DNA from: Eledone cirrhosa
Taxonomy: Eukaryota
NCBI GenBank assembly: GCA_964016885.1
Contig: OZ024742.1
Coordinates: 74,834,001-74,898,000 of the forward strand
Direction of reading: 5' to 3'
Length of the DNA stretch: 64,000 bases
Made by a program: the position numbers and the translations under genes. Shown in pieces: positions 27,276 through 41,139 of the stretch; position 1 is the stretch's first letter, and each line of letters starts with the position of its first letter. The notes below the pieces were generated by a model, which saw only the letters and a program-made list of their open reading frames with translations, ran no database searches and was not told the DNA's origin.

Positions 27276-28502
27276 CTTAGCCGTGGCAACTTTCAACTCA
27301 TGTTAAACATACTATTGGCGATAGGTAATGACATGAATTTAGAGGGGTTCTGATACACTTCCATCAATGTATTGCTTTCAATAGAGTCTAACATAGATAC
27401 CTAATGTTTGATAGAGTCTAACATCGATACTTAACGGACATTCTCAGTACTGCCGGTTTCCGTATAATTTTTAGCGACTGCATCGCTTCAGTATTTCTAT
27501 GACCCTTGTGGCGTTTTTCCCCTTTCATTCCTTGTGGAATGGATGCGTTTTATGGGTCAAAATTCCATCACCCGCTAAGATTCCCTGTAGTGGCTGATTA
27601 TGCTGAGGCAGCGGTAACTGGGGTGACAAACATACATACAAAACACCAAACAACGAGGGTGGATATCATTTAAACAAAAATAAATCATTGTTACTGACAA
27701 GAAGAAGAAGGAAAAGAAGAAGAAGAAATATAGGTTCCGATCGACCTTGGAAAGCTATTAAAAAAACCCACAAAATAAAAGCAACATAACTCACACAATG
27801 AACGTGATTATCTTCCACCAGCATTAGCATCTTGATGCTTCCAACTCACAACAACAAGTTTCTAACTTCAATATATTTTTATACAAGATACCCACAGTCG
27901 GCCAAGCGTAACATGAAATTTTAATTAACATATTTGTTGTTATTACAAAGCAATTTTAATATAATTACTGCGTGGAAGAGTCTTTTTAGCTATTCAAATA
28001 CATTGTCACTGACCATGTCGCAGACAGTGTGGCGAAAATTTTGACACTTCGAAATAAATTACATATATAAATTAAAATTAACAGTTTTTGCGTGTTTTTA
28101 AATGGTTAAAATGACTCTTCTACACCGTAATTGCCTTAGTTTCAACATAGTCTTAGATTAAGTCACTTGCCAGACAGATACAACTCCGAAATTTGAATAA
28201 AATATATTCAGATAAAAATCAGATTAAAAAAAATATATATTTATTATTTTAAGGCTCATATAGTTCTATATTTCCCGTTTTTCTCCGCCATTATATATAA
28301 TAAAGATGAGAAAAATATATAATTATATATCTATGAACGCTATCTATTTCTTCATTGAGTGTACCTAAACATTTGCGCATGATCCTTGGTGACTGGCATT
28401 GTCGTTGCCAGTTTCTTCCCTGATCCTGCAAGGAAAAAGTCTACTAAGGATTTCGTTCCACCTAATGCTTTTTCGACTGCCTTCCAGAAAATTTATTAAA
28501 AA

Positions 28503-29246
28503 TTATCGTCAGCACCATATACCTTCCTGCCAGATGATTGACCGTCTGAAAGTATATACTTTCCTTATGCATATTAACGGCTGAGCAGCCTAATTTGCAT
28601 ATAGAGTGAGTTAATAGGCTGTGCGCACCGAAAACGATAAATGGAAAAAATGAAACGAAATTTCATTTCTCACTCTTAGTACGGCTGTTACTTAAATATA
28701 AGTATGTATATGTACATACATATATGTATACAGACGTACAGTAGTATGTATATATATACATACATGCACACATATATATATGTACGTATGGGTTTACCGA
28801 ACATTTATTATAATGCTCGGTTTGTTTGCGCCCGGCCGATTAACTCACTCGATATGAAAATTAGGATGCTCAGCCCTTAATATGCATAAAGAAAGTATAT
28901 ACTTTCAGACGTTCAATCATCTGGCAGGAAGGTATACGGTGCTGACGATAGCTAATAAGCTTGAAACTAGTACATCGTTCCTTTGTCAGTGTTGAACAAA
29001 AGGGAAACGATGGTTGCTAAACACTGTACGGCTTAATTTGGACTGTTTGTTTACAAACAAACCGAGCATTATAATAAATGTTCGGTAAATCCATACGTAC
29101 ATATATATATATGTGTGCATGTATGTATATATATACATACTACTGTACGTCTGTATACATACATGTATGTACGTATACATACTTATATTTAAGTAACAGC
29201 CGTACTAAGAGTGAGAAATGAAATTTCGTTTCATTTTTTCCATTTA
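28503..29246 (+). mobile_element. Non-coding 423-bp-unit HHR element (retrozyme-like): one monomer plus inverted partial copy
   Basis: 28828-29246 is the reverse complement of the 56611-57033 unit; 28503-28828 is an inverted partial copy crossing the unit junction; no ORF. Confidence 0.8.
28936..28978 (+). ncRNA. Minimal type I hammerhead ribozyme
   Basis: ACGGTG-CTGACGA-T-AGCT(AATA)AGCT-T-GAAA-C(TA)G-TA^CATCGT; palindromic stem III ACTAGT. Confidence 0.88.
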
Positions 29247-29429
29247 AGTTTATAATCATTTCTTAAATTAAAAGTTCGATACTTTAACACTCCTGTGTGA
29301 GTGCTCCATTATTTCGGTCACTGCATGATAAGTAATTTATATATTATTCTACTTGTAATGGATTTACGCTTTAAATAATTTTAAAGGAAATCGAAGACAT
29401 CACTGATGTTTTAAACATAATACTTTCTA

Positions 29430-29620
29430 GCATTAGGCCAAGAGGAAATCGATTTCATCGACCCTAGTACGTTAAGTGGTACTTTATATTATCAACTTCG
29501 GAAGGATGAAAGGTAAAGTTAACCTCAGTGGGATTTGAACTCAGAACTCAGGGCGCAGAAAGTCGTAACAAATCCCGCAAAGGATTTTCCCCGACAGTCT
29601 ACCGACACTGCCAATCCCCC
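29430..29620 (-). mobile_element. tRNA-derived SINE
   Basis: GGATGAAAGGTAAAGTTAACCTCAGTGGGATTTGAACTCAG. Confidence 0.8.
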
Positions 29621-30009
29621 GGCCAATCATTTTAAACATTATGAAATACGTTCGAATGTTTATATTCTCCACAACTTTAACTGTGGAATGATATTAATGA
29701 AATAATCGATATCTTTTACATAACGAAACACCAGACGACAGGTGCAGGACCAAATAGTGAAATACATTCCGATGTAGGCAGGAAATAGTGCGAAACCGAA
29801 TCATTTGAAAACCTTAGTTTCTACAACAACTAGTTTCAGAAATCCCCATCCCACTCCACCCCTATATGAATCCATGACCAACGGAAACTTCAAACACTCT
29901 TGATCTCACGTCTAAACTCAACCTCTATCACACTCTTACTGTCTCGGAAAATATCAGGTCATGCATCTACCGCCATATAGAAACTACACACTACGCATAC
30001 ACATACTTC

Positions 30010-31322
30010 TCTCTTCTCAAGGAAGCCTGCACAGTGAATTCTACAGGTGAGTGGAGTTCCACTGAAGCAAGTAGAGAAGTTCAAGTATCTAGGAGCCATT
30101 CTCATGAGTGGTGAAATCCAGGGGTCTGAATTAAGTACAAGAATTAAGGAGTTGGTGCAGTAATGCACCAGCATCAGCATTCAGTGATCTCTTTCCGATA
30201 GAGCATATATTCACACCACTGCGGCAGGTCTTCGAAAAATCTTGGGAGTATTGCCAAGAGGTATATTCTTGTTTTGACGACCTTGCAAAGGCATATGACA
30301 GCGTTAAATAGGACCTGCTGATGTAGGTTCTGGAGGAGCATGGGATCGATGGTCAACTTCTTGCTGTCCTGATGTCTCTATAAGAATGCCTGAGTATTTC
30401 TGTTCGGATAAATGGTGTAATATCAAAACTATTCAATGTGGCAGTCGGACTCCGCCAAGGATGCGTCTTGTCATCTCTCCTGTTCATTATTTAAATGAAC
30501 AGGATTTCGCAGCCGGGTTGCAAATGATATCAAGACTGGTGGGTGTAAAATCAGTCGGCTGGAATTTGCAAACGACATGGTGTTATTCAACTCGACAGAA
30601 AGTGATCTCCGACTTGCACTTGATAGGTTTGATGCCGGGAGCTGCATGGTTGGAATGAAAATCAATGCTGCGAAAACTGCACAGGAGCACTACGTGTAAA
30701 TGGAGTTCCACCGAAGCATGTTGAATTGCAGGAGCTGGTGCTGTAATGCACCAGCTTTATCGTTCAGTAACCAGAAGGGAGGTAGGCGTAAAAGCCAAAT
30801 TTGCTATCTTCAATTCGGTATTCGTGCCAACCTCTACTTATGCTAGTTAATGATCGAAAGAATACGATCGTGAATACAAGCAGTCAAAATGGGGTTCCTC
30901 AGAGAGTCACTCCAGGTAGAGCTGCTACTTCTCCGAATTGAGAGATCACAGCTCCGATACTATGGGAATGTGGTTAGAATGTCTCAGGAAAGAATCGGTG
31001 GAGAGATTTTACGGACAAAACCAACTGGCAGGAGACCCAGAGGCAGACTCTGAGCAAGGTGGTTGGATAATATTCTTGTATTTGGCTAGTCTCGCTTGGG
31101 GATCCAGCCAGATCTGTTGGAGACGGTTGTTGTTTCTGACAGGAACCGCTGGAAGGAGTACTCTCATGAGCCTCTCATGAATAGGTCGGTGAAGAAGGAG
31201 AAGAAAAAGGAAATAAAAAGATGATGATGATGGACCTTTTGTCAGAGTATCACGTGCGCTTTCGGTCTTGTCCTTTTGGTTTATGACTTCGGCATCTTGA
31301 AAGAATGTGAGAAAGAATGTGA

Positions 31323-31323
<1 letters not shown>
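30010..31323 (+). mobile_element. Rearranged, degraded RTE-clade LINE 3' fragments
   Basis: VGLRQGCVLSPLLF, EFANDMVL, RSQLRYYGNVVRM, RPRGR remnants; (GAT)n tail at about 31220. Confidence 0.75.
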
Positions 31324-31415
<92 letters not shown>

Positions 31416-31695
31416 CACAGTTCAAGAGTAACCAATCTTAAAGAGAGAGATGGAGATAGGAGAGGAGATATGAGAGGAGAGATTGGTGAATTAGAAGCCA
31501 AAGCGTAAAGGCATGTGCTCAATGTCCAATATGCAGTAGAAAGCAGCTAGGTGGCTGGGTTCATGCAGAAGTTAGGTGCGCAGAGCTGGAAATATTCATT
31601 AGTTAAGCAAAACAAGACCACAAATTTCACAAGGAAGACATTATTAAAAGATTGTCAACATATTTTAGTTTGATGTAATTTATTTTAATTTATAT

Positions 31696-31827
31696 TCCTT
31701 TGAAGTTCCGACGAGCAGCACTGTCTTTTAAATATGTTAATTATTTTCAACTGAACCAGATCAAGTATGATATATAGTCATCTGATCCAGAAATATTATA
31801 TGGTGTAGCGAAACAATTGTAAACGGA
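31696..31827 (+). ncRNA. Type I hammerhead, C4 core variant, about 95-nt stem II
   Basis: TCC..GTT-CCGACGA-GCAGCAC...GGTGTAGC-GAAA-C(AATT)G-TA^AAC-GGA. Confidence 0.7.
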
Positions 31828-31961
31828 CATTATTATTATTAATATTATTATTATTATTATTATTCTCTACATTCCTTACATCAAACTAAAATATGTTGAC
31901 AATCTTTTAATAATGTCTTCCTTGTGAAATTTGTGGTCTTGTTTTGCTTAACTAATGAATA

Positions 31962-32027
<66 letters not shown>

Positions 32028-32046
32028 GCTGTTTGAGGCATATATG

Positions 32047-32139
<93 letters not shown>

Positions 32140-32144
<5 letters not shown>

Positions 32145-34830
32145 AAGAGAAAACACAGGTAAGCATTAAAAAAAGGATTTTATCCAGGTATTTACGACAG
32201 TTTCATTGGTAAGTGCAACCTTATATTGCTATACTGCAAATAGCAGCCACTCAATAATAATTGTCGTTCACGTCCAAATTTTCAAAATAGAGAGTAAGTC
32301 ACTCTTAAAAAGTTCTTAATATATAGAAAAACATTTTTTTGGAATTGTATTTACTAGTATAGAGGAAGTGGAATTAGAAAGTGGAGGGACAAACGGAATA
32401 GTATAGAGAGAGAGGAGGGGGCAGAAGAATTAGGAAGTAGAGTGACAAACTGAGATGGAGGGAGGGGTAGAGGTGGAAGGATTCCTTGATCAGTTTTGAT
32501 ACGTAAACTTCATGTCGTCGATTTAAAGTGTAGTGAGTTAAAGAGAATTAAATTGTTTATAGTTGGAGGGATGGAGAGAGAGGGAGAGAGGGGAGAGATA
32601 GAGAGATAAATATATATATAAAAATAAAAATAAAAATAAAGAAGAGGGAGGGGGAGAAAGAAGAAAAGAAAAGATAGCCAAAAAGAGGAGAGAAGAAAGG
32701 AAGAAAACGAAAAGAAATAGAAAAGGAATGAAGGAGAAGGGAGGGATATAGGTATTGTTTTTTGTGGGTAATTAAATGGGTTAGATAAGAGCGTAGAAAG
32801 TCTAAGTATATGCAGTTTTTCAAGTGGTAGCAAGAAGTTAAGTGTTCGATTTGTAGTGCGAAAACTTTTCTTTGAGTCTATGGTTACAATAAATTGATCT
32901 TTCGATTTTATTGTTGAGTAACTTATACTTCGAACTCAAAATGTGGAACAGCTCAAGGTCACATAATCGACAGCTTCTCATACCACTCCAATATGAGGGT
33001 GCGTTAGATAATTTTTTCCACTTCACGGTGTATTGATGGTTACTTTCCCTCAGTTGCCAGGTCTTGTTTGCAAGGGTAGTTACATAACGATGCTGGGAAT
33101 GTTTCATTGCGTAACGGTGTGTATACTAACGAGCTTTAAATGTATTCCCAGTTGCTCCGATGTAATACCATTTCTGGTTGTCTGATTCTACTGTGCATAG
33201 GTAAACCAGGTTAGACTGCATACATTCATTATGTAATGGACAGGTTTGAGGTAGGTGTCAGTTACAATTCTTGTCATGGGCAACTTTGGCATTATTGGTG
33301 GGCTGCGATGCCTGTACAAGTGTGTTACGTTTTGTTTGCCTATTAGTGGGTGGTTGTGTATTAGATATTCTGTTGTGTTCAATGGTGATTGTATTGTTAT
33401 TGCTATAAATTTGTGTTCTGGTGTTGTTATGTATCTTTTTAGCGTTAAGCATCTTAATGTGTGCCTCTATGTTTGGTGCCGTGGAGTAAGATAGTCTAAT
33501 AGATTTAGTGTAAAGGATTTTGCTGTATCTATGTGAATCTGGAAAGTGTTTCTTTATTATTCTAAAGAAGGTAGAAGGTAGGTTAGTACTAATAGAGGTG
33601 TTAAATATGGGGTTATACCAAATATATTTTCTACTGCGTGACTTGTTTAATTTCGATGTTGTATTTCTATTTACAGTATAATTTGTAGTTCTATGCGTAA
33701 ATGCGTGTGTGTGTGTGTTTCTTGAGTTTGTGTTATGCGTGTTATGCATGTTCCTCGAAGTTTTGTCGGTTAGACGAGAGGCGGGAGATCCTAAGGGATA
33801 TGCTGCGTGGAACGGATTTAATTATGGATAGCGTGTTGTTCGAATTACATTTATTTAATCTATCCTTACGTTCCCAATAGCGTTTTCAAATTTAATTATT
33901 GTTTTCCTAGGAGCTAATATAATTTTTATCTCGTCTTCTGTGTTAGGTCAGAATTGGCTTTAGCGAATGCTAAGGCTTTATGCAAGGTGTTGGGGGATAT
34001 AGAGGAGTAATAGTCGTTAATGTCAAATTGTATAAACTTAGATACTTTTTTGTTAGCAATATTGTTAAACCACTTAATTGTTTCGGTAGTTACCCCATAG
34101 TTTAATCATTAGTTTATTCTTCATTTGTGCTATCACTCTGTCTAATATATGTTTACTAATTTTTCCAATGTCTGATTTGGACGGGCATATAAGTCTAATT
34201 GTGGTGTTATAATCAAAATTTACCTTGTGGTCCTTGAGATTAAATGTGGGGGTACATGGCCTAAGTGGCTCCGTTCTGTCCTCTATTCCTAGGTGTTTGA
34301 CTATATTGTGTGCGTCGTTGTTGATGTTTATCAGTGCCGTCTCGTTAGTTTCTTTGTATTTCCTATGTAATTCTCCGTATGAAGCTATTGTATGTATTAA
34401 TATCCATCGTATACACATTTGAGGTTTTGTCCGCTTTGACAATAATTCCATTGGTAATTCGCAGCTTATTTAGGAATGTATTGATGTCATTCTGGAGTTT
34501 ATTATTCCTCCGCTTTTTGAATTTGATATTCATAATCATCTTCAGTAAGTCCTGTTCTAAGGCATCCAGTTGAGGGTTGGTAGGTGGGTTCTTACATGAT
34601 TTGAAGCCGTATGTTTCCTTGTTGTATTCCACGGTGCAACCGTTACGTCCTTTGTCGAAATGGAAAGTTTTCCATCTAACCCGGCGTATAAAGTCGTTTG
34701 TTCGCTGTATCATCTCGAGGGTATAATCCTTTCTCAAAGGTGTAGGAATGTTCTTTAGGGACATACCTATGGAATTAGTACGGTATGTTTAGGTCGTTGC
34801 TCGACCGATAAGGAGCCTGTAGTTAGAGAA
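32140..34830 (-). mobile_element. Penelope-like element (Hydra-clade-like), RT core internally deleted
   Basis: MSLKNIP, RVRWK, ADKT, NLKDHK..RLICPSKSDIG, WYNP, YSTAPN, CPL..C..LVY.C....YYIG, CRLCDLE, YCNH. Clade label from motif recall. Confidence 0.88.
32189..32289 (-). ncRNA. Type I hammerhead, U3-A8 core (family A)
   Basis: TATT-TTGAAAA-TTTGG...CCAAT-GAAA-C(TGTC)G-TA^AATA; same core in 3 copies. Confidence 0.65.
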
Positions 34831-34902
34831 GCAGAAAATTGGTTATTGTGATCCAGACCTGGCAGAAGAAAATTGCTGGCACAAGAAAATTGATTATTGT
34901 GA

Positions 34903-35845
34903 ACAAGACCTGGCAACTGAGGGAAAGTAGCCATCAATACACCCTGAAGTCTAAAAAATTATCTAACGCGCCCCCATATCGGAGTGGTATGAGAAGCTGT
35001 CGATTATGTGACCTTGAGCTGTTCCACATTTTGAGGTCGAAGAATAAGTTACTCAACAATAAAATCGAAAGATCAATTTATTGTAACCATAGACTCAAAG
35101 AAAAGTTTTCGCACTACAAGTGCAAATCGAACCCTTGACCTCTTGCTACCACCTGACAAACTGCATATACTTAGACTTTCTACCCTCTTATTGTATCTAA
35201 CCCATTTAATTACCCACAAAATCCAATACATATATCCCTCCCTTCTCCTTCATTCCTTTTCTATTTCTTTTCGTTTTCTTCCTTTCTTCTCTCCCCTTAT
35301 TGGCTATCTTTTCTTTTCTTCTTTCTCCCCCTCCCCCTTCTTTATTTTTATTTTTATTTTTTATATATATATTTATCTCTCTATCTCTCCGCTCTCTCTC
35401 CCTCTCTCTCCATCCCTCCAACTATAAACAATTTAATTCTCTTTAACTCACTACACTTTAAATCGACGACATGAAGTCTATGTACCAAAACTGATCAAGG
35501 AATCCTTCCACCTCTACCCCTCCCTCCATCTCAGTTTGTCACTCTACTTCCTAATTCTTCTGCCCCTTCCTCTCTCTCTATACTATTCCGTTTGTCCCTC
35601 CACTTTCTAATTCCTCTTCCTCTCTCTCTATACTAGTAAATATAATTCCAAAAAAATGTTTTTCTATATATCAAGAACTTTTTAAGAGTGACTTACTCTC
35701 TATTTTGAAAATTTGGACGTGAACAACAATTATTATTGATTGGCTGCTATTTGCAGTATAGCAATATAAGGTTGCACTTACCAATGAAACTGTCGTAAAT
35801 ACCTGGATAAAATCCTTTTTTTAATGCTTACCTGTGTTTTCTCTT

Positions 35846-35905
<60 letters not shown>

Positions 35906-35931
35906 TATACATACATATATGCCTCACACAG

Positions 35932-36010
<79 letters not shown>

Positions 36011-36263
36011 AATATATTCATTAGTTAAGCAAAACAAGACCACAAATTTCACAAGGAAGACATTATTAAAAGATTGTCAACATATTTTAGTTTGATGTAA
36101 GGAATGTAGAGAATAATAATAATAATAATATTAATAATAATAATGTCCGTTTACAATTGTTTCGCTACACCATATCATATTTCTGGATCAGATGACTATA
36201 TATCATAATTGATCTGGTTCAGTTGAAAATAATTAACATAGTTAAAAGACAGAGCGGCTCATC
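34903..36263 (+). repeat. About 1.36-kb inverted copy of 31712-33066
   Basis: Reverse-complement match covering ORF end, 3'UTR, pLTR, (TA)n tracts and the neighbouring HHR element. Confidence 0.93.
35701..35801 (+). ncRNA. Type I hammerhead, U3-A8 core (family A, inverted copy)
   Basis: As 32189-32289. Confidence 0.65.
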
Positions 36264-36264
36264 A
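36146..36264 (-). ncRNA. Truncated hammerhead (copy of 31696-31827 lacking the 5' strand of stem I)
   Basis: TGATGA-GCCGCTC...GGTGTAGC-GAAACAATTGTA-AACGGA. Confidence 0.6.
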
Positions 36265-36409
36265 TTTTTAATATATATTATTAAAAGAATATATTCATAT
36301 ATATACACACGCACACACAGATATACATACACATAAATATATATACACGTATAAATACATATACATATACATCTACGTACATAATATATACATACAAAGT
36401 ATAATGGAT

Positions 36410-36690
36410 TTTTTTTATTTAAGATATAGGAATTTTCATAAACTTATAGATTTTTCATAAGAGAATCTTAGAAAAAACAGAGAAAATCATTTTTATGTAA
36501 TATCAAAGCAGCGTGAAGGAAATTACGTTAGTTAGTTATATAAATCTTACAATTGTTAAGATATCAAATTAAAAAACAACTTCAAAGGCCAGGATTACTT
36601 AAAAAATATCAAAAATAATATTGAAAACTTGGAGAAAACGGAGAAAATTCTAATCAAGTCTGACAAAACCAATAATCTTTACGGAATACA
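36410..36690 (+). mobile_element. PLE N-terminal fragment
   Basis: NNIENLEKTEKILIKSDKTNNLYGI (DKT motif as in neighbouring PLEs). Confidence 0.55.
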
Positions 36691-36699
36691 TTATATAGA

Positions 36700-36880
36700 G
36701 AGATCGCTAAATCGCCTAATGCGGTCCCTAGCGCATTAAAAATTTGAAATTCTATTTTCTCAAGATACATACAGGACCATAAGTATTACATGTGTAACGT
36801 TTGAAAACAATCGGTTGGGTGGTTCTTGAGATTTAAAGGGTCAGACAGACAGACATTCTCTGTTTTAGATATATAGATAT
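36700..36880 (+). mobile_element. Helentron/HINE-like non-autonomous end
   Basis: AATCGGTTG..GGTTC...(CAGA)n...TTTTAGATATATAGAT terminus; 36851-37065 recurs at about 62726-62935. Confidence 0.45.
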
Positions 36881-37066
36881 CTTTAACTATTGCCTAGCTA
36901 TCTGTATCATTCTTCGTATGATATCTGATACATGGACAGGCCATTGATATAATTCGACGGACTTGCAGCTTTTGTTCGTTTTACAATCAGGTGGGAAATT
37001 TATATTGATGAAATTCTATCCTTGAACATGCTGTAATCTGGTCATTTATATAATTTACATAAACTT

Positions 37067-37156
<90 letters not shown>

Positions 37157-37297
37157 GAGAGAGAAGGGGACTTGAGTGACCGTAAGTCACCAATCACATT
37201 CTTTCTGACTTGACCACTACCACGCCACAGTTCATAGCCATTTTGAATTCGTTTCTGGCGGGGATCACTTAAGAAAATTCTTTGTCCAAATGAGTTT

Positions 37298-37378
37298 GTT
37301 TCCTGATGAGTTCGAAACTCGAGATTTTATCCTTGATAGGATATTTCCGAAAGCCAACGACACTCTAAGGGTAGAAAC
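37298..37378 (+). ncRNA. Type I hammerhead with one core substitution (GACA for GAAA)
   Basis: GTTTC-CTGATGA-GTT...AAC-GACA-CTC(TAA)GGG-TA^GAAAC; perfect 5-bp stem I. Confidence 0.65.
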
Positions 37379-37671
37379 GTAATCCTGGTATGTGTATATG
37401 CATTTTTTCTTCTAACTTTAATTTTATACGTAATTGTGTATGATTGACGGTATATTTAATCGATTTCCACGTGCTATTGAAATGTTGGGTAAATATTCTA
37501 TAGCGGTTGATCGCGAATAAATTGCTGCCGTTTATTTATCTACTATTTCTTCATAGGTGCCTTTTAATCTTATAGCCTGGTTTAATTATTTTTGTGTGTG
37601 GTTGATTATGCTAATTGGGAGAGGAAATGGTGTATATATATTATCAAATGATTCTATGGACATACTTTATA

Positions 37672-37722
<51 letters not shown>

Positions 37723-37763
37723 CGAAACATAAGTCAATTGTATGAACTCATAATCCTTTATTT

Positions 37764-37819
37764 ACTGCTATATATATTTCGATGATAGCCATTGAATGGC
37801 TATGACCTCATCAGGCAGT
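37764..37819 (-). ncRNA. Minimal type I hammerhead ribozyme, intact
   Basis: ACTGC-CTGATGA-GGTCATAGCCAT(TCA)ATGGCTATCATC-GAAA-T(ATAT)A-TA^GCAGT. Confidence 0.93.
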
Positions 37820-38634
37820 TAGTTAGTTCTTAGATATGCCAGCTCTGTGTTTATAGTGTTGATGGTATCAGAGCCTTGGGACATATGAGTTTGTTAGGAA
37901 TCATTTAACGTTTTCAGCAGGAATAGTCTTAATTCTCATTGGTCAGTTAGTAGATGCTAGTATGGTTGGTATTTGACCTCAAAGAGGCAGGTGGTGTCGT
38001 AAAGTTCAAACCATCAGGCTAGATGACAATTGTTCCATATGAATAATTTTCAAAAAAGCATTCCTGGTCAGATATATATTCAAGGTTAATAGTATGAAAT
38101 AGATACTACAGGTCATTCTTAAATTGAGGGATTTATGTGGAGTGGTGCTATTGAAATTTATGGTTAGAGTAGAACATTTACAAATAAAAAGACTTATGTC
38201 GGTTGGCTTGCACGTACACTCACACCCACCTCCACAGACACACACACACATCCACACATACAAATTGAGGAATTAATGTGGGGTGGTAATACTTAAAATA
38301 ATGGTTAGAGTCATATACTTAGATAGTTTATAAAATTTAGAAATAAAAGGCTTATGTTGGTTGACTTGTACATACACTCACACCTACCCCCTCAGACACA
38401 CACACATCTACACACACAAAACCATACAGGTGTGTATATATATGTACGCACAAGTACATACATATATATATAAAATACATATATATACATAAAACACATA
38501 TATATATAAAATATATATATATATAAAATATATACATATATATAAAATATACATACATATAAAATACATACATACATAAAATATACATACACACATATAT
38601 ATAAAATACATATATATATATACATATATATAAA

Positions 38635-38730
<96 letters not shown>

Positions 38731-38773
38731 CACATATATACACACATAAAAAATATATATATATATACATACA

Positions 38774-38804
<31 letters not shown>

Positions 38805-41139
38805 CAGGTGCAATAAAACGTGGTTTGATGACTCCTGACCAGTAGAGGATCCGGTGGACCATCCATCATAGGGACCACAAACTATAGGTGGTTGTTGTTG
38901 TCCATTGGTCATTGGTATGGGGTGTAGGAGGCCTACAGGGGGGGGGGGGCGTTGTGGGAGGCCTTAACCTGGATTTATCCATATAGCTTGAGGAACGTTC
39001 CCGTCCTTAGGTGTCTGCAGTCCCCGAATAAGTCGGCCCTTGTGTTTAATAGCTTGGTTCCGCCATGAAGTATCTCGAGTGTCTCACTAAGACAGAGGTT
39101 GCAAATACCAGACTCGCCTCTGTCTGGGGGAACCTTTCTAACCACGGACCAGACCAGAGAGTGCGGGGTCTTTTCAAGTTTGAGCTTCCAGTTCAATTCA
39201 GAAAGGGCCGTACATTTCCTCTTATCTATTCTGTTAAAGGAATGGCGATGGTTATACCACCGATCTTTGAAGCTCGTCTCTGTGGATCCTATGTAGTGGT
39301 GCCCCGAGTTACGGGTTGTGACCTTGCACCTGCAGACTACGTTTTTCGTCATGCATTCATTACTGAGGGGGCATAGTGATGGGTCTCTACAATTACATGA
39401 CTTCTTAAGCCCCACGACATGTACCGCGTTACCATCACTCGGGGTTGGCTAGGTAGCCTCCGCAATCAGCACAGGGTCGTTGGGTCCCGGTGTGCTAGTT
39501 GGGCCTGTCCGGGTTCCGGTGCGTCCCGCGTGCTGGTTCTGTTGGGTGGCTCCGGGGTTTACGGTGGTATTAGAGGCAATGAACCTATTCCTATTTATGT
39601 CAGCTATGTGCTGGGCTACGGAGCGTGTGGTTGAGTAGGAAAGTTTCACTGTGTGCCTGTTGAATATTTTATGGTACTTGTGGGCCCTAGGGAAATATTT
39701 ATCCAGTACTCTACAGAATGTTCTAGCCAGGCTGGTACGTAGACCCACCGAGTACGGAGGGTTATACCATGTGACCTTCCTGGTCCTATTCTTGTGGGGT
39801 TGTTGGGTGTCCGCCGTGGTCCATCGCGTGGTTGTGCACAGCTCAGGTCGAGCTCGGTTGGTGTCACTCAGGTGTGCGGAGCGGTCACTATCATGAGGGT
39901 TATATGCACCCACAGTGGGGCTATATACCTGCGAGGTACGGCCTCCCTGCTCAATTAGGGTTCGGCGGGTGGTGGGGCCGGTGGAGGGGTGCCTATGCTC
40001 TACAGCAGTGTGGTCTTCAGCGTTGTAGGTATTAGACCGGTGGGGTTAGCGGAACCTTCTACCGGGGGTGGTGACGGATAGGGGTCTGGGAGTGTTACTA
40101 CTGGTCACCGAGGTATTAGGTGGACGACTCATGCCCCTGAGGGTATTGGTCCGGGGTATCCTTGGGTCATCTCGATCATGTCCCTTAGGGTTGTAGCTGA
40201 TCCTATGGCTGTGGGACGCCTTGGCTAGCGCTGAGTTATAGTAATCAGCGTTACTATTGAAGATCTCTTTATTGGCCGACAAGTTAGAGATCCTGTCAGA
40301 GACATTCTTAACTATGGATCTAGGGTGATTGGACCCAGCGTTGATATACACCAGCTTCTCATTGGGTTTATGATATGGGTGGTGTAGCTTGGTGTTGAGG
40401 TTGAGGGTGGTGTCCAGGTAATTCACTACTTTTCTATTGGGTTCCATCTCTACTTTAAGTCCTACCTTGCTAAAGAAGTGCCTAATTCTCCTCTTTATAT
40501 TTTCGACCATTGTGGTGCTGTGGTCCACTACGGTGAAGAGTGCGTTGTCTCGGTACAGCCCGCCACCCAGGTTTGGTATTTCTCTCCTGATCTTGTAGAG
40601 TATGTATATCCCAACCAAGTCCATTAGCTGCGCGGAGTCACTGGAGCCCATTGTAATGTCAAAATTATTTGGCCAGTCGCTCCGGGTCCATATGTCCCCA
40701 CCGAATCAGTTCAGGGTCTTTCTGGCGGCGTGTATGATTCGGACCTCGTCGCGTGTTAGGTCTGTCCTATTCATCGCGAATATGAGTGCCTTGTTCAGGA
40801 CTATGGGCGAGATAGAGGAGTAGTAATTGTTGATGTCTAGTCATATGAAGCTAGCCCTATGTTTGTCAGGTAAACCAGTCCAGCACCTGGCTGGTGCAGG
40901 ACCAGAGTTGTAACCTTATTTTACTCTTAAGTGTGGGCAGGATCCTATCTAAAATGCTTTTGCTAATGACCCCCATGTCTAACCGGGAGGGGGCTATCAG
41001 TCTGACCGGCAGGTTAGACTCGAAGTTTGGGTTGTGGTCCTTAATGGTAATCCTCGGCCCCCTGGTTGGTATGGGGCCGTCCTATCATCTATACCAAGAC
41101 CAGATATGATGTCATAAGCCTTGATGTTGATATCCTCCA

